DNA of 64,000 bases from Spirochaetota bacterium (GTDB lineage Bacteria; Spirochaetota; UBA4802; JAFGDQ01): assembly GCA_043803405.1 (NCBI GenBank), contig JAZDKB010000006.1:1-64000 (forward strand), in the 5' to 3' direction. Positions within the stretch are counted from its first letter, which is position 1, and every line of letters starts with the position of its first letter. The translations under genes and the position numbers were made by a program. The notes beneath the pieces were generated by a model. The model was given only the letters and a program-made list of their open reading frames with translations. It ran no database searches and had not been told where the DNA came from. Below are positions 31,292 to 40,930 of this stretch, one piece after another.

Positions 31292-33156
31292 CAAGAGCAT
31301 CCGATATTGTTAAAGAACTCGATATCAATAATCCCGCACTTTTTACGGAGCTGGACAGGCAATTCGCGGATTTTATGCAAAGGCTTTCGGGAGATTCCAG
31401 TCCCGAACTGGTATTAGCTGTGCGTATTGCGAGCAACCAGATAGGGAAAGGAAGCATTTGCGTTCATATCCCTTCTGTAGCAGACAAAGATATCAATGAT
31501 ATTCTTGGTGAAGATACAGGCGTAAAGAATTTCATTTTATTCGGCAAAGATAAATGGCTGAGTAAACTTAATGATAGTCCTGTTGTAGGGAAGCCCGGTG
31601 ATTTTAAACCGTTGATACTGGATGATAACGGAAGGCTGTATCTGTACCGTTACTGGCAGTATGAACAAAAGATCGCTGAAAACATTAAAGCGCGTCTTGA
31701 GCAGGATATCGATATCGATATAGAAGTTTTAAAATCGAGTTTTGCAAAGCTTTTTAAATCAAATGAAGATGACATTGAGCAAAGTATTGCTGCAATCGGA
31801 GCAGCGCTTCATGGATTCTGCGTAATATCGGGCGGGCCAGGCACAGGCAAAACATCTACAGTCATAAAGATACTGGCTCTTTTAATTGAGAATGCTAAAA
31901 CTGAAAAGCTTCGGATAGCGCTTGCTGCTCCGACAGGCAAAGCAGCAGCAAGGCTTAATGAAGCAATTAAGAAAGCGCGTGAATCGCTTGACCTGAGCAA
32001 TACAATAAAAGGCAGCATACCGGATGAATCATTTACCATACACAGGCTGCTCGGCGCAATACATGGCAGTCCGTATTTTCGTCATAACGCGCAAAATCAA
32101 TTAGCTTATGATGTCGTAGTTGTGGACGAGTCTTCAATGGCAGACATTGCGCTTACCGCCAAGTTATTCGAAGCTGTGCCTGTCGCTTCCAGGCTTATCC
32201 TGCTTGGAGACAGGGACCAGCTCTCCTCTGTGGAAGCAGGCGCTGTCCTTGGCGACATTTGCGATACCGGGAATACTCAAGGGTACTCGAAAAAGTTTGC
32301 AGACAGGCTGAAACTGATCATATCTGCGGACATTTCCGGTAAGATCAGTATATCAAAGCGCGATGAGCCGCCGATCGCGGACTCTGTGTTGACGCTTTCA
32401 AAAAGCTATAGATTTACTCAGAAAAGCGGAATCGGGCAGTTAAGCTCCGCAATCAGGCACGGAGAGGCGGATAGAGCAGTTGAATTATTGCAGAGCAAAA
32501 GTTTCGATGATGCTGTATTGATCGGGAATAAACCCGGCATATCCCTGGCTTCTTCTTTATCGGCAATGCTTATTGATGGTTTCGGTTCATATATAAACAC
32601 AAAAACACCTGATGAAGCGCTGAGGCTTTTCCCGGAATTTACAATACTCTGTGCACTGCGCAAAGGGGACTTCGGAGTGGGGCAGGTGAATATGCTTGCT
32701 GAAGAAGTTCTCACAAGGCAGGGGTTAATTTCAACAGGCACACGATGGTACAATAAGCGCCCTGTAATGATAACACAGAATGATTACAGCATAAGATTGT
32801 TTAACGGCGATACCGGGATAATGTTCACGGATGCGGAAGACGGCATTATGCGTTTTTCTACTCAGTCTGCAGACGGCAGCATCAGAAAAATACTGCCGCT
32901 GAAACTTCCGGAGCACGAAACAGCATTCGCGATTACAGTGCACAAAAGCCAGGGTTCCGAGTTCGATAATGTGCTCCTTATCCTGCCAAATTACGCGGGC
33001 CCTGTGCTTACCCGTGAGCTGTTATACACAGCAGTTACAAGAGCGCGGAAAAAAATTCAGATATACGGCAACCCTGATACATTGCGTTACATGATAAACA
33101 ATCCTGCAGCGAGAATTTCTGGTTTAAGAGATGCGCTCTGGAAAAATACGAGATAA
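31288..33156 (+). CDS. recD: Exodeoxyribonuclease V alpha subunit RecD
   Basis: LYLYRYWQYE, SGGPGTGKT, AAPTGKAAARL, TIHRLLG, VDESSM, ITVHKSQGSEF; GTGA overlap with recB. Confidence 0.95.
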   Translation: MTRASDIVKELDINNPALFTELDRQFADFMQRLSGDSSPELVLAVRIASNQIGKGSICVHIPSVADKDINDILGEDTGVKNFILFGKDKWLSKLNDSPVVGKPGDFKPLILDDNGRLYLYRYWQYEQKIAENIKARLEQDIDIDIEVLKSSFAKLFKSNEDDIEQSIAAIGAALHGFCVISGGPGTGKTSTVIKILALLIENAKTEKLRIALAAPTGKAAARLNEAIKKARESLDLSNTIKGSIPDESFTIHRLLGAIHGSPYFRHNAQNQLAYDVVVVDESSMADIALTAKLFEAVPVASRLILLGDRDQLSSVEAGAVLGDICDTGNTQGYSKKFADRLKLIISADISGKISISKRDEPPIADSVLTLSKSYRFTQKSGIGQLSSAIRHGEADRAVELLQSKSFDDAVLIGNKPGISLASSLSAMLIDGFGSYINTKTPDEALRLFPEFTILCALRKGDFGVGQVNMLAEEVLTRQGLISTGTRWYNKRPVMITQNDYSIRLFNGDTGIMFTDAEDGIMRFSTQSADGSIRKILPLKLPEHETAFAITVHKSQGSEFDNVLLILPNYAGPVLTRELLYTAVTRARKKIQIYGNPDTLRYMINNPAARISGLRDALWKNTR

Positions 33157-33167
33157 ATATGCCGGAT

Positions 33168-33707
33168 TTAGTTTTTGCGTTTTTTATTGAGTGTTTTCTT
33201 TATCGTTCTCAGATGATGCTCTGAAGTCAGCATGTAGTCAATGAATGTATTATGATTTATTTTATTTTGTATATTAACGATCTTTTCGACTATATTATAT
33301 TTCCGCCTTAAATGCTGTATAGTGGCTATGCTGCAAGAAAAACATTTTGCCAGTTCCCAGTCTTTGTAAACGTATTTACCGGAATCTTTTCTTATGTTCA
33401 TGTTTACAAAAAGTTCCATCCGGTAATGATTCCATGTTTTTTTTATGCCTGTTTTGTAATCATGTTTTTTTAAACGGATAATAGTCCTTTCAAGCGTACC
33501 CGTGATCTTTTTTTTTCTCCAGTACAAATGATGTACCCTTGCGTATCTTAAATCACTGCTTTCATATCCTGTCTTTTCAAGCCAGAGCCTGCTGATATAC
33601 GCTTTGCGCCCGGGGGAGATTTTAATTTTAATTGCCCTGTCTACATATTCTTCACAGGTTTTTAAGTTAAGCAATTTTTTTTCATCCTTAGTAAAATCGT
33701 GGGACAT
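33168..33707 (-). CDS. Basic hypothetical protein, possible C-terminal helix-turn-helix
   Basis: 179 aa Lys/Arg-rich ORF, RBS AAGGAG; DWELAKCFSCSIATIQHLRRK is HTH-like. Confidence 0.65.
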   Translation of the reverse strand: MSHDFTKDEKKLLNLKTCEEYVDRAIKIKISPGRKAYISRLWLEKTGYESSDLRYARVHHLYWRKKKITGTLERTIIRLKKHDYKTGIKKTWNHYRMELFVNMNIRKDSGKYVYKDWELAKCFSCSIATIQHLRRKYNIVEKIVNIQNKINHNTFIDYMLTSEHHLRTIKKTLNKKRKN

Positions 33708-33852
33708 GCGAACTCCTTATTGTAACACAAGAAACCAACGTATAGAATAATGAATATTTATAAGTAGGCATTCTCCATCTCGATGATAAAATTCGCGGGG
33801 AGCATATCCCGTTTGAATAACACGCGTAGCATTTAACCTATAAAAATATACG

Positions 33853-35604
33853 CTATGCTATTCTTTCCACTTTAGAAACCAGATCTTTCTTTAATAATTC
33901 TATTTTCTCTTTTAGCTTTAATTTAATATTTTCAATATTAGCCTTATCTGCTTTTTCATTTACACTGAAATAAAATTTAATCTTCGGTTCAGTCCCCGAC
34001 GGTCTGATAGTTATCTTTGAGCCGTCTTTCAGGAAAAACTGGAGAACGTTGGACTTTGGGAGATTTATTGATCTCTCTTTCCCTGAGGACAAATCTTTCT
34101 GAACCAGAGATTCAATATCGGATATTTTTTCAATATTAACTCCGCTGAATTCTTCAGGCGGATTTTTTCTGAACCCGTCCATTATCCTGCCGATTTTTTC
34201 CATGCCGTCCATTCCTTTTAAAGTGAGAGAATGAAGGTCCTCAAGATAAAGCTTATAGTTTAAATATATTTCATTTAAAAAGTCATATAATGTTTTGCCG
34301 CGCCTTGCCAGCCAGTCAGCCATTTCGGCAAAGAAATAGCAGGCGCTCACCGCGTCCTTGTCCCGGACAAAGTTTACAGGCAGGTAACCGAAGCTCTCTT
34401 CTCCGCCGAATATGAACGACCGCTTTCCAGATTCATCGTATTCCTTCATTTTTTTCGCTATCCATTTGAAACCGGTCAGCACGTTTTCTGCCTTGCAGCC
34501 GAAGCTGTCCGCAATCTCTTCCTGCAGATCGGTTGTCACGATTGTTTTTATTATTGCGCCGTTTGCAGGCAGCTTTTTCGCTTCTTTTAATCTTGTTAAA
34601 ATATAATATTCGAGCATAACGCCCATTTGATTACCGTTGATTAGAACATATTTGCCGTCACTATTTTTAAAGCCGACTCCTATCCTGTCAGCATCAGGGT
34701 CTGTTGCTATAATAACATCTGCCGCTGTTTTTTCAGCTAAATTAATAGCCAGAGTAAGTGCTTCTTTTTCTTCCGGATTAGGATATTTGACAGTCGGAAA
34801 ATTCCCGTCCGGTATTGCCTGCTCGCTGACCAGAGAAATATTTTTAAATCCGAAATATTTTAATGTTTCCGGTATAATTTTATAACCCGTGCCGTGGAGG
34901 GGCGTGTAGACAATTTTCACAGAAGATTCCTGTCTGCTTCTTAGAGCCGCACCTTCCAGCTTTTTAATATACGAACCAATAAAATCATCTTTTATTATTT
35001 TTATTTTTCCGTCTTTTACTGCTGAATCAAAATTTATTTTTTTTATTTTTGATATTGAATCGATCTTTTTTACATGTTCAATAATTTCATTGTCCTGCGG
35101 AGGTATTACCTGCCCGCCGTCGTCCCAGTATACTTTATAGCCGTTATACTCCGGAGGATTGTGGCTTGCGGTAATTACAATGCCGGAAACTGTGCCGAAT
35201 TCCCTGATTGCAAATGAGCATAAAGGCGTGGGCGTTATGTCGGAAAAATAATATACTTTGATGCCGTTACCTGCAAGGATAGCCGCAGCTTCCATCGAAA
35301 AAACGTCCGACATCCTGCGGGAGTCGCGCGCAATCACTACGCCCATTGCAGATTTATTTTTGCTTTTAATGTAATCCGCCAGACCTTGCGTTGCCATCCC
35401 CACAGTGTATATGTTCATCCTGTTCGTGCCTGCTCCTATAACGCCGCGAAGCCCGCCTGTTCCGAACTCCAGATTCGTGTAGAACCTGTCCGTTAATTCT
35501 TTCTCGTTATTATTTTTTATTAGTTCTTTAATCTCGTTAATAGTATTTGCATCGAACGGAGGATTTGTCCATTCTTCTATTCTGTTTTGAATTTCTTTGT
35601 TCAT
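33853..35604 (-). CDS. Phosphoglucomutase/phosphomannomutase
   Basis: LEFGTGGLRG, ITASHNP, DPDADR, GGEES, RPSGTEPKIK. Confidence 0.93.
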   Translation of the reverse strand: MNKEIQNRIEEWTNPPFDANTINEIKELIKNNNEKELTDRFYTNLEFGTGGLRGVIGAGTNRMNIYTVGMATQGLADYIKSKNKSAMGVVIARDSRRMSDVFSMEAAAILAGNGIKVYYFSDITPTPLCSFAIREFGTVSGIVITASHNPPEYNGYKVYWDDGGQVIPPQDNEIIEHVKKIDSISKIKKINFDSAVKDGKIKIIKDDFIGSYIKKLEGAALRSRQESSVKIVYTPLHGTGYKIIPETLKYFGFKNISLVSEQAIPDGNFPTVKYPNPEEKEALTLAINLAEKTAADVIIATDPDADRIGVGFKNSDGKYVLINGNQMGVMLEYYILTRLKEAKKLPANGAIIKTIVTTDLQEEIADSFGCKAENVLTGFKWIAKKMKEYDESGKRSFIFGGEESFGYLPVNFVRDKDAVSACYFFAEMADWLARRGKTLYDFLNEIYLNYKLYLEDLHSLTLKGMDGMEKIGRIMDGFRKNPPEEFSGVNIEKISDIESLVQKDLSSGKERSINLPKSNVLQFFLKDGSKITIRPSGTEPKIKFYFSVNEKADKANIENIKLKLKEKIELLKKDLVSKVERIA

Positions 35605-35745
35605 TTGTATTAACCTCGAACATTATCGAATTTTCATCATATTATAAAAAATAATTATTTCAACAAAAAATTGTTGGTTAAATATATGAAGAGCATATTA
35701 TATGTCGAATATTTTATAACAAAAAATAAAAAGGAATGTAACCCG

Positions 35746-36510
35746 ATGGCAGGCAACAACGCAGCAGACTATGAGTTTATCGTGGACAGCCACACGCACT
35801 GGGGTTATTCGCTTTCCATGGGCACGAACGTAAGCACGAACGAACTGCTGACACAGCAGAAGGAGGCAGGCATCACTCATATAGTAATAATGCCCTTCCC
35901 GTCAACAGCTATTGATGATAACGAAATCAATATTGATATACTTAATGAAGCAAATAAAATATCGCAGTTCATCCCTTATCATTATATAAGGGAAGATTAT
36001 GATAGAGCAGATTTTGATCCGATCCCTTCGGCATACTATGGAGGCAAGTGGCACTGGATGAGGGGGATACAGGACTCGAGTTCCAGTTATAAAGTCCTTG
36101 ATGACAGCGCACTTTTGCTGCTTATTGAGAAGCTGAAAAAAACCGGCAAGCCGGTCATCTTTGAAGAAGAACTTTTGTTCACAGAACGCTTTGCCGAAAT
36201 GGCGGACGGGCTTAAGCTCATAATTCCTCATCTTGGGCTGCTCGGCGGGGATCCGTACGATTTTTTAAACAGCTTTAAAAATAATAAAAATATTTTTTTT
36301 GATACTGCCCTTGGCGACAGGTCGGGCATTCTGAAGTTTGTTGAGACTATTGGCGCTGGAAGGGTTCTTTTCGGTTCAGATGTGCCTTTCGGTTCAATAA
36401 AATCCGAGCTTTCAAAGATTCTATCCATGCCGATACAAAAAGACGAGAAAGAACTTCTTTTGTGCAAAAATTTTCTTAAACTGACGGATTATAAATTAAT
36501 CACTTTTTAA
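35746..36510 (+). CDS. Amidohydrolase family protein
   Basis: VDSHTHW, IIPHLG, FFDTA, VLFGSDVP; start at ATG 35746. Confidence 0.82.
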   Translation: MAGNNAADYEFIVDSHTHWGYSLSMGTNVSTNELLTQQKEAGITHIVIMPFPSTAIDDNEINIDILNEANKISQFIPYHYIREDYDRADFDPIPSAYYGGKWHWMRGIQDSSSSYKVLDDSALLLLIEKLKKTGKPVIFEEELLFTERFAEMADGLKLIIPHLGLLGGDPYDFLNSFKNNKNIFFDTALGDRSGILKFVETIGAGRVLFGSDVPFGSIKSELSKILSMPIQKDEKELLLCKNFLKLTDYKLITF

Positions 36511-36721
36511 TTTTTTTTAATACTGTTTATATGCATTAAAACTGTTTTTTCGGACAAATATTTTAAAATAAAGATAAAAGTCGCTTAAATAGTAAAAAAT
36601 AATCACAATTATTTCAAAATGCGAATGCCGTATTTCAATTTTTTATTGCATTTTTATACGCTCATTAATAATCCTGCTTTGTAATATTTAATAAAATTTA
36701 ATTCGTAATTAAAGTTGAAAA

Positions 36722-39433
36722 ATGTTTAAAAAATATAAAGGATTCAGTTCAAAAAAGAAAACTCAGGACACGAATGAAGGCGCGCAGAAACCCTTAATAG
36801 AACCTATTGATAAGCCCATAGAGTCAGATCCAATTATTAAAAATAATCTTAAATGGCCGTCCTTTAAATCGGAAACTGAATCGAACGGTGAGCAAAACAA
36901 ATCTACTAAGATTTTTACTGTAAAAAAAAGTTTTTCTTTCCCCGACATCACAAAAAGCTCTTTTGATTTTTCATCTTTTTTAAAAAAGATTCCGCAGTTT
37001 TTTAAAGAAAAAGTACATTCCCACAGACCTGTTTTGCTGGGAGTATTAATCGGATTGGTTCTGGCTGTCTTTTTTATTTTTATAACGGCAATTATCACCG
37101 ACTTTCGAAAGGTGAGGGCGCTCGCGGATTTTCAGCCGAATATCACAACGAATATTTACGATAAGAACGGGCTTCTTGTATCCGAATTGTTTAAACAGAA
37201 AAGAGAAATAGTGGCTCTTTCCAAAATACCGCCGCATCTAATAAATGCCTTTATTGCAATTGAAGACAACGAGTTTTACGATCATTTCGGCATTAACGTA
37301 AAAGGAATCGCAAGGGCATTTTTTGTGAATTTATTTTCCGGTAAGATTAAACAGGGCGGCAGCACTATAACTCAGCAGCTCGCAAAAATACTGCTGACAA
37401 CAAGAGAGCGGAATATTTTCAGGAAAATAAAAGAAGCAGCCATATCCATAATGATCGAAATCATTTACACAAAGAAAGAAATCCTGGGTCTGTACCTTAA
37501 CCAGATCTTTCTGGGACATGGAGTTTACGGCGTAGAGAGCGCTGCCAAGTTCTATTTTAATAAGGATGTGTGGGACCTTGACCTCGCAGAATCGGCTCTG
37601 CTGGCAACGCTGCCTTCGGCGCCGAACAAGCTTTCGCCGATACGGCACACAGAAAGATCAATAGAAAGACACAGAGTCGTGCTCGCGAAAATGGTTGATT
37701 GCGGGTTTACAACAATTCCTGAAGCTGAAAAATCATATCTTGCATTCTGGCCCGAGTATCTTGAATATATCAATGAACTCCCGCCATCTATAACATCATG
37801 GTCGAGTAAGGTAGATAAAGCCCCATGGTTTACCGAATACTTAAGAAGAAAACTTGTAAAACAGTTCGGAGAAGAAGCTGTTTATAGAGACGGACTTGCC
37901 GTATACACTACACTGGATCTGAAAAAGCAGCTGGCAGCTGAGAAATATATGAAGGAAGCGCTCGGAAAACAGGCTACGGTTTCGAGCGGGCTGTCCTTTA
38001 AGAACGAAGATTATATTATAGAGAATTTTTCAGAGATGACGGAGCTTTTCGCGCTGTTGCACGATGTTAATCCGTATTACAAAAAAGGCTCTCTTGAAGT
38101 AAAGCAGGTAAACGATTATTTCCGCACAGAAGTTCTTGATGAACTGGATTCTTTAGGATTTCTTTTCGGGAATAATTATGTTGCAGACACGGTGACATCC
38201 TACAGGGAGAAACAAACAGGGTATAAAAAATCCGAAAAGGTTCAGGGATGTTTAATTTCAATCGATCAGCGGAACGGATACATAGAAGCAATGATTGGCG
38301 GTGCCGAGTTTTCCAGCATCAATCAATTGAACAGAGTTATGCAGTCAAAGCGTCAGGCCGGCTCATCGATTAAAGGTCTTTTATATGCTGCCGCAATAGA
38401 ATCGAAAAAATTTACACCTGCGACTGCTATTCTCGATTCCCCGTATATTTCCCTTGATAAAGAAGGTACGGACTGGATTCCGGATAATTATGATGAAAGA
38501 TATTACGGGCTTGTCCGCTTGCGCCGCGCTCTGGAACTGTCGATTAATGTCATTTCCATCAGGATCGCGGAAGAGTTGGGATGGGATACGGTTTTTGAAT
38601 ATTATACAAAGCTGTTAAAGTTCGATAAAAAAGAAGCAAAGGAGCGTATCCCAAGGGACCTTACCGTTGCAATAGGAACTCTTGATGTTTCACCTTTTGA
38701 ACTCGCAAGGGCTTATGCAATAATTGCAAACGGCGGCAGGGATGTTATACCTTACAGTATAAGATACATTAAAAACAGGAACGGCGAAATAATAGATAAC
38801 ACAGAAGAAGAAACGCAGGCTAATTTAAAGAAGGAGGCCGAGGCAGGCGCCCTTCAGATAATAAAACCTCAGACTGCTCAGATTATGATAAGCATGCTGC
38901 GATCCGTTATGACCTCGGGGACGGGATTATCCGCTGCAATGGGTAGACCGGCTGGCGGGAAAACAGGGACAACAAGCAACTGGAGAGATGCATGGTTTGT
39001 CGGTTTTACTCCGCAGCTGACAACATGTATCTGGGCAGGCTACGATAATCCTGGCCTGTCGCTAGGGCACGGGCAGACCGGCGGCGGTGTAGTTGCCCCG
39101 ATCTGGCGCGAATATATGAAGGATGCTCTTGAAAATGAGCCGTATCTGGAGTTTCCGTATTATGGCGCTGTAATTGCTCAGAAGGTATGCGCGATGTCCG
39201 GCAAGCTTCCTTCTCCGTATTGCAAACAGACAATAGATGAAATTTTTATGGAAGATACGTTGCCCGAAGAAGAATGTACTTTCTGTAAAGATTTAAAATT
39301 TAACATCAATCCGTTTAAAACCGCTCCGAAAGAAAACATCGCAGGGAGTCAGCACGACTCTATAATTGAAAATATTCAGGAGAAGAGCGGGTCATCTGCG
39401 CTGGATAAAGTCGGAAAAGATTTACTGGACTAA
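36722..39433 (+). CDS. Class A penicillin-binding protein (PBP1A family)
   Basis: Transglycosylase EDNEFYDHFG, QGGSTITQQLAK, RKIKE; transpeptidase GSSIK, SIN, KTGT. Confidence 0.93.
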   Translation: MFKKYKGFSSKKKTQDTNEGAQKPLIEPIDKPIESDPIIKNNLKWPSFKSETESNGEQNKSTKIFTVKKSFSFPDITKSSFDFSSFLKKIPQFFKEKVHSHRPVLLGVLIGLVLAVFFIFITAIITDFRKVRALADFQPNITTNIYDKNGLLVSELFKQKREIVALSKIPPHLINAFIAIEDNEFYDHFGINVKGIARAFFVNLFSGKIKQGGSTITQQLAKILLTTRERNIFRKIKEAAISIMIEIIYTKKEILGLYLNQIFLGHGVYGVESAAKFYFNKDVWDLDLAESALLATLPSAPNKLSPIRHTERSIERHRVVLAKMVDCGFTTIPEAEKSYLAFWPEYLEYINELPPSITSWSSKVDKAPWFTEYLRRKLVKQFGEEAVYRDGLAVYTTLDLKKQLAAEKYMKEALGKQATVSSGLSFKNEDYIIENFSEMTELFALLHDVNPYYKKGSLEVKQVNDYFRTEVLDELDSLGFLFGNNYVADTVTSYREKQTGYKKSEKVQGCLISIDQRNGYIEAMIGGAEFSSINQLNRVMQSKRQAGSSIKGLLYAAAIESKKFTPATAILDSPYISLDKEGTDWIPDNYDERYYGLVRLRRALELSINVISIRIAEELGWDTVFEYYTKLLKFDKKEAKERIPRDLTVAIGTLDVSPFELARAYAIIANGGRDVIPYSIRYIKNRNGEIIDNTEEETQANLKKEAEAGALQIIKPQTAQIMISMLRSVMTSGTGLSAAMGRPAGGKTGTTSNWRDAWFVGFTPQLTTCIWAGYDNPGLSLGHGQTGGGVVAPIWREYMKDALENEPYLEFPYYGAVIAQKVCAMSGKLPSPYCKQTIDEIFMEDTLPEEECTFCKDLKFNINPFKTAPKENIAGSQHDSIIENIQEKSGSSALDKVGKDLLD

Positions 39434-40171
39434 ATATTCTTCGAATTCTTTTCTGATGCGCAGCTCTTCATCAATAGGCATCGGATTTGATGACAGATTA
39501 TGATTGGGCGTTCTTTCCAGTTTTATCAATTTGTCGATATATGACGGATTATATGTTAATAGTTCGTAGCCGTTCAGTTTGTTTTTCTTCATAAGCCGGG
39601 TTATGCCAAGAAGATTTTCTTTAGCAGTAATAAATGGAGGAATAAGCGGCACTCTTATAACTATTTTTAAGGAAGATGTGCTTGCCCTGCCAAGATTTTC
39701 GATTATTATAGCGTTGTCCACTCCAGTCAGTACATAGTGTAATTTGGGATCAATTATTTTTAAATCAAAAAGAAGCAGGTCTGTATATTTGATTAACTCT
39801 TTCCCGAAGTCGTTGTAATTAAAGTAACCGCTTGTATCATAAGCTATCGAAATATTTTTTTCTTTCAGTCTTTTCGCGATCTCGCATAAATAAGTTATGT
39901 GCATCAAAGGTTCGCCGCCGGAAAAAGTAACGCCGCCTCCTGACTCATTATAGAAATGATTATCCAGTATGATTATTTCATATAATTCATCGACCGTATA
40001 AGCTCGTACTGTTCCGGATAACTCTCTATAACAGGCTTGCGATTCGGGATTGTGGCACCACGCGCATGTAAGAGGGCACCCCTGCATAAAAACAACAGTG
40101 CGTATTCCGGGCCCGTCGCAGAAAGAACCGCGTACAATATCGAATATTATCGGTGGCTGTTCTGTTTTCAA
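39422..40171 (-). CDS. Glycyl-radical enzyme activating enzyme (radical SAM, no ferredoxin insert)
   Basis: DGPGIRTVVFMQGCPLTCAWCHNPES, GGVTFSGGEP, DTSG, IRVPLIP. Confidence 0.9.
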   Translation of the reverse strand: MKTEQPPIIFDIVRGSFCDGPGIRTVVFMQGCPLTCAWCHNPESQACYRELSGTVRAYTVDELYEIIILDNHFYNESGGGVTFSGGEPLMHITYLCEIAKRLKEKNISIAYDTSGYFNYNDFGKELIKYTDLLLFDLKIIDPKLHYVLTGVDNAIIIENLGRASTSSLKIVIRVPLIPPFITAKENLLGITRLMKKNKLNGYELLTYNPSYIDKLIKLERTPNHNLSSNPMPIDEELRIRKEFEEYLVQ

Positions 40172-40219
40172 TTAACTACAACTTTTATCAAAATTATAAA
40201 TTTATACAAACTATTCACA

Positions 40220-40347
40220 ACAGATCGAAATACATTACAAAATTTACTCCGGAATCAGGCCTTCCTGGTCTGTCTTTCATATTTTCGAAGGTATTGCATC
40301 AGGCCTGAAAGGCGTCCTCATAAATTTTGTAATGTATTTCGATCTGT
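40220..40347. mobile_element. 128-bp MITE-like element with perfect 27-bp terminal inverted repeats
   Basis: acagatcgaaatacattacaaaattta (40220-40246) ... taaattttgtaatgtatttcgatctgt (40321-40347). Confidence 0.7.
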
Positions 40348-40385
40348 AAAATAATAAAATCTAATTTTGAAATGACTTCTAATTA

Positions 40386-40850
40386 TTAAAGAAATCTTAG
40401 CTGAAGATGCTTTGCAATATAACCGAATTTGAATATGTAATTCAGGTTCCCGCTGACATTTACGTTGTTCTCAAGAATAGCGTTCAGCACATCGGGATTG
40501 CCCGAGAAAAGAAAATCCCTGAGCGATTTTGCGTCTTTAAAAATGACTTCTATGTTTTTATCCGGTATTTTTTTTTCGGATAAATGCATAGTGCTGTTTT
40601 TAAAAATTACTCCTGTGTAAACATCTTTTGTCTTGTCTCTGAATACATATTTCGCATCGAAGTTTTCAATATTGCGTCTGAATTTCCTGTCAAAAAGAAA
40701 GACAAGCGACATTGCGCTGAGAAGGATTGAAAGGAAAAGATCGGTTGCATCTTCTTCCATATTCCTTTTTAAACGCCGGATTTCAGTTATTAGCTTAAAT
40801 CCTTTAACCGGATGAATTAAATAATTAAATATTTTTAATAATGTATTCAT
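40386..40850 (-). CDS. SCP2 (sterol-carrier)-like domain protein
   Basis: FRRNIENFDAKYVF..VIFK..IEVIFKD..DVLNAILENNVNVSGNL pattern; start ATG 40850 after GAGGTG. Confidence 0.65.
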   Translation of the reverse strand: MNTLLKIFNYLIHPVKGFKLITEIRRLKRNMEEDATDLFLSILLSAMSLVFLFDRKFRRNIENFDAKYVFRDKTKDVYTGVIFKNSTMHLSEKKIPDKNIEVIFKDAKSLRDFLFSGNPDVLNAILENNVNVSGNLNYIFKFGYIAKHLQLRFL

Positions 40851-40930
40851 TGAACTCACCTCGCACTTTATATTAAACACGGCTGTGTCTGCCGGTTATT
40901 TCCTGAGATGATATATTAAAAATATTCTGT

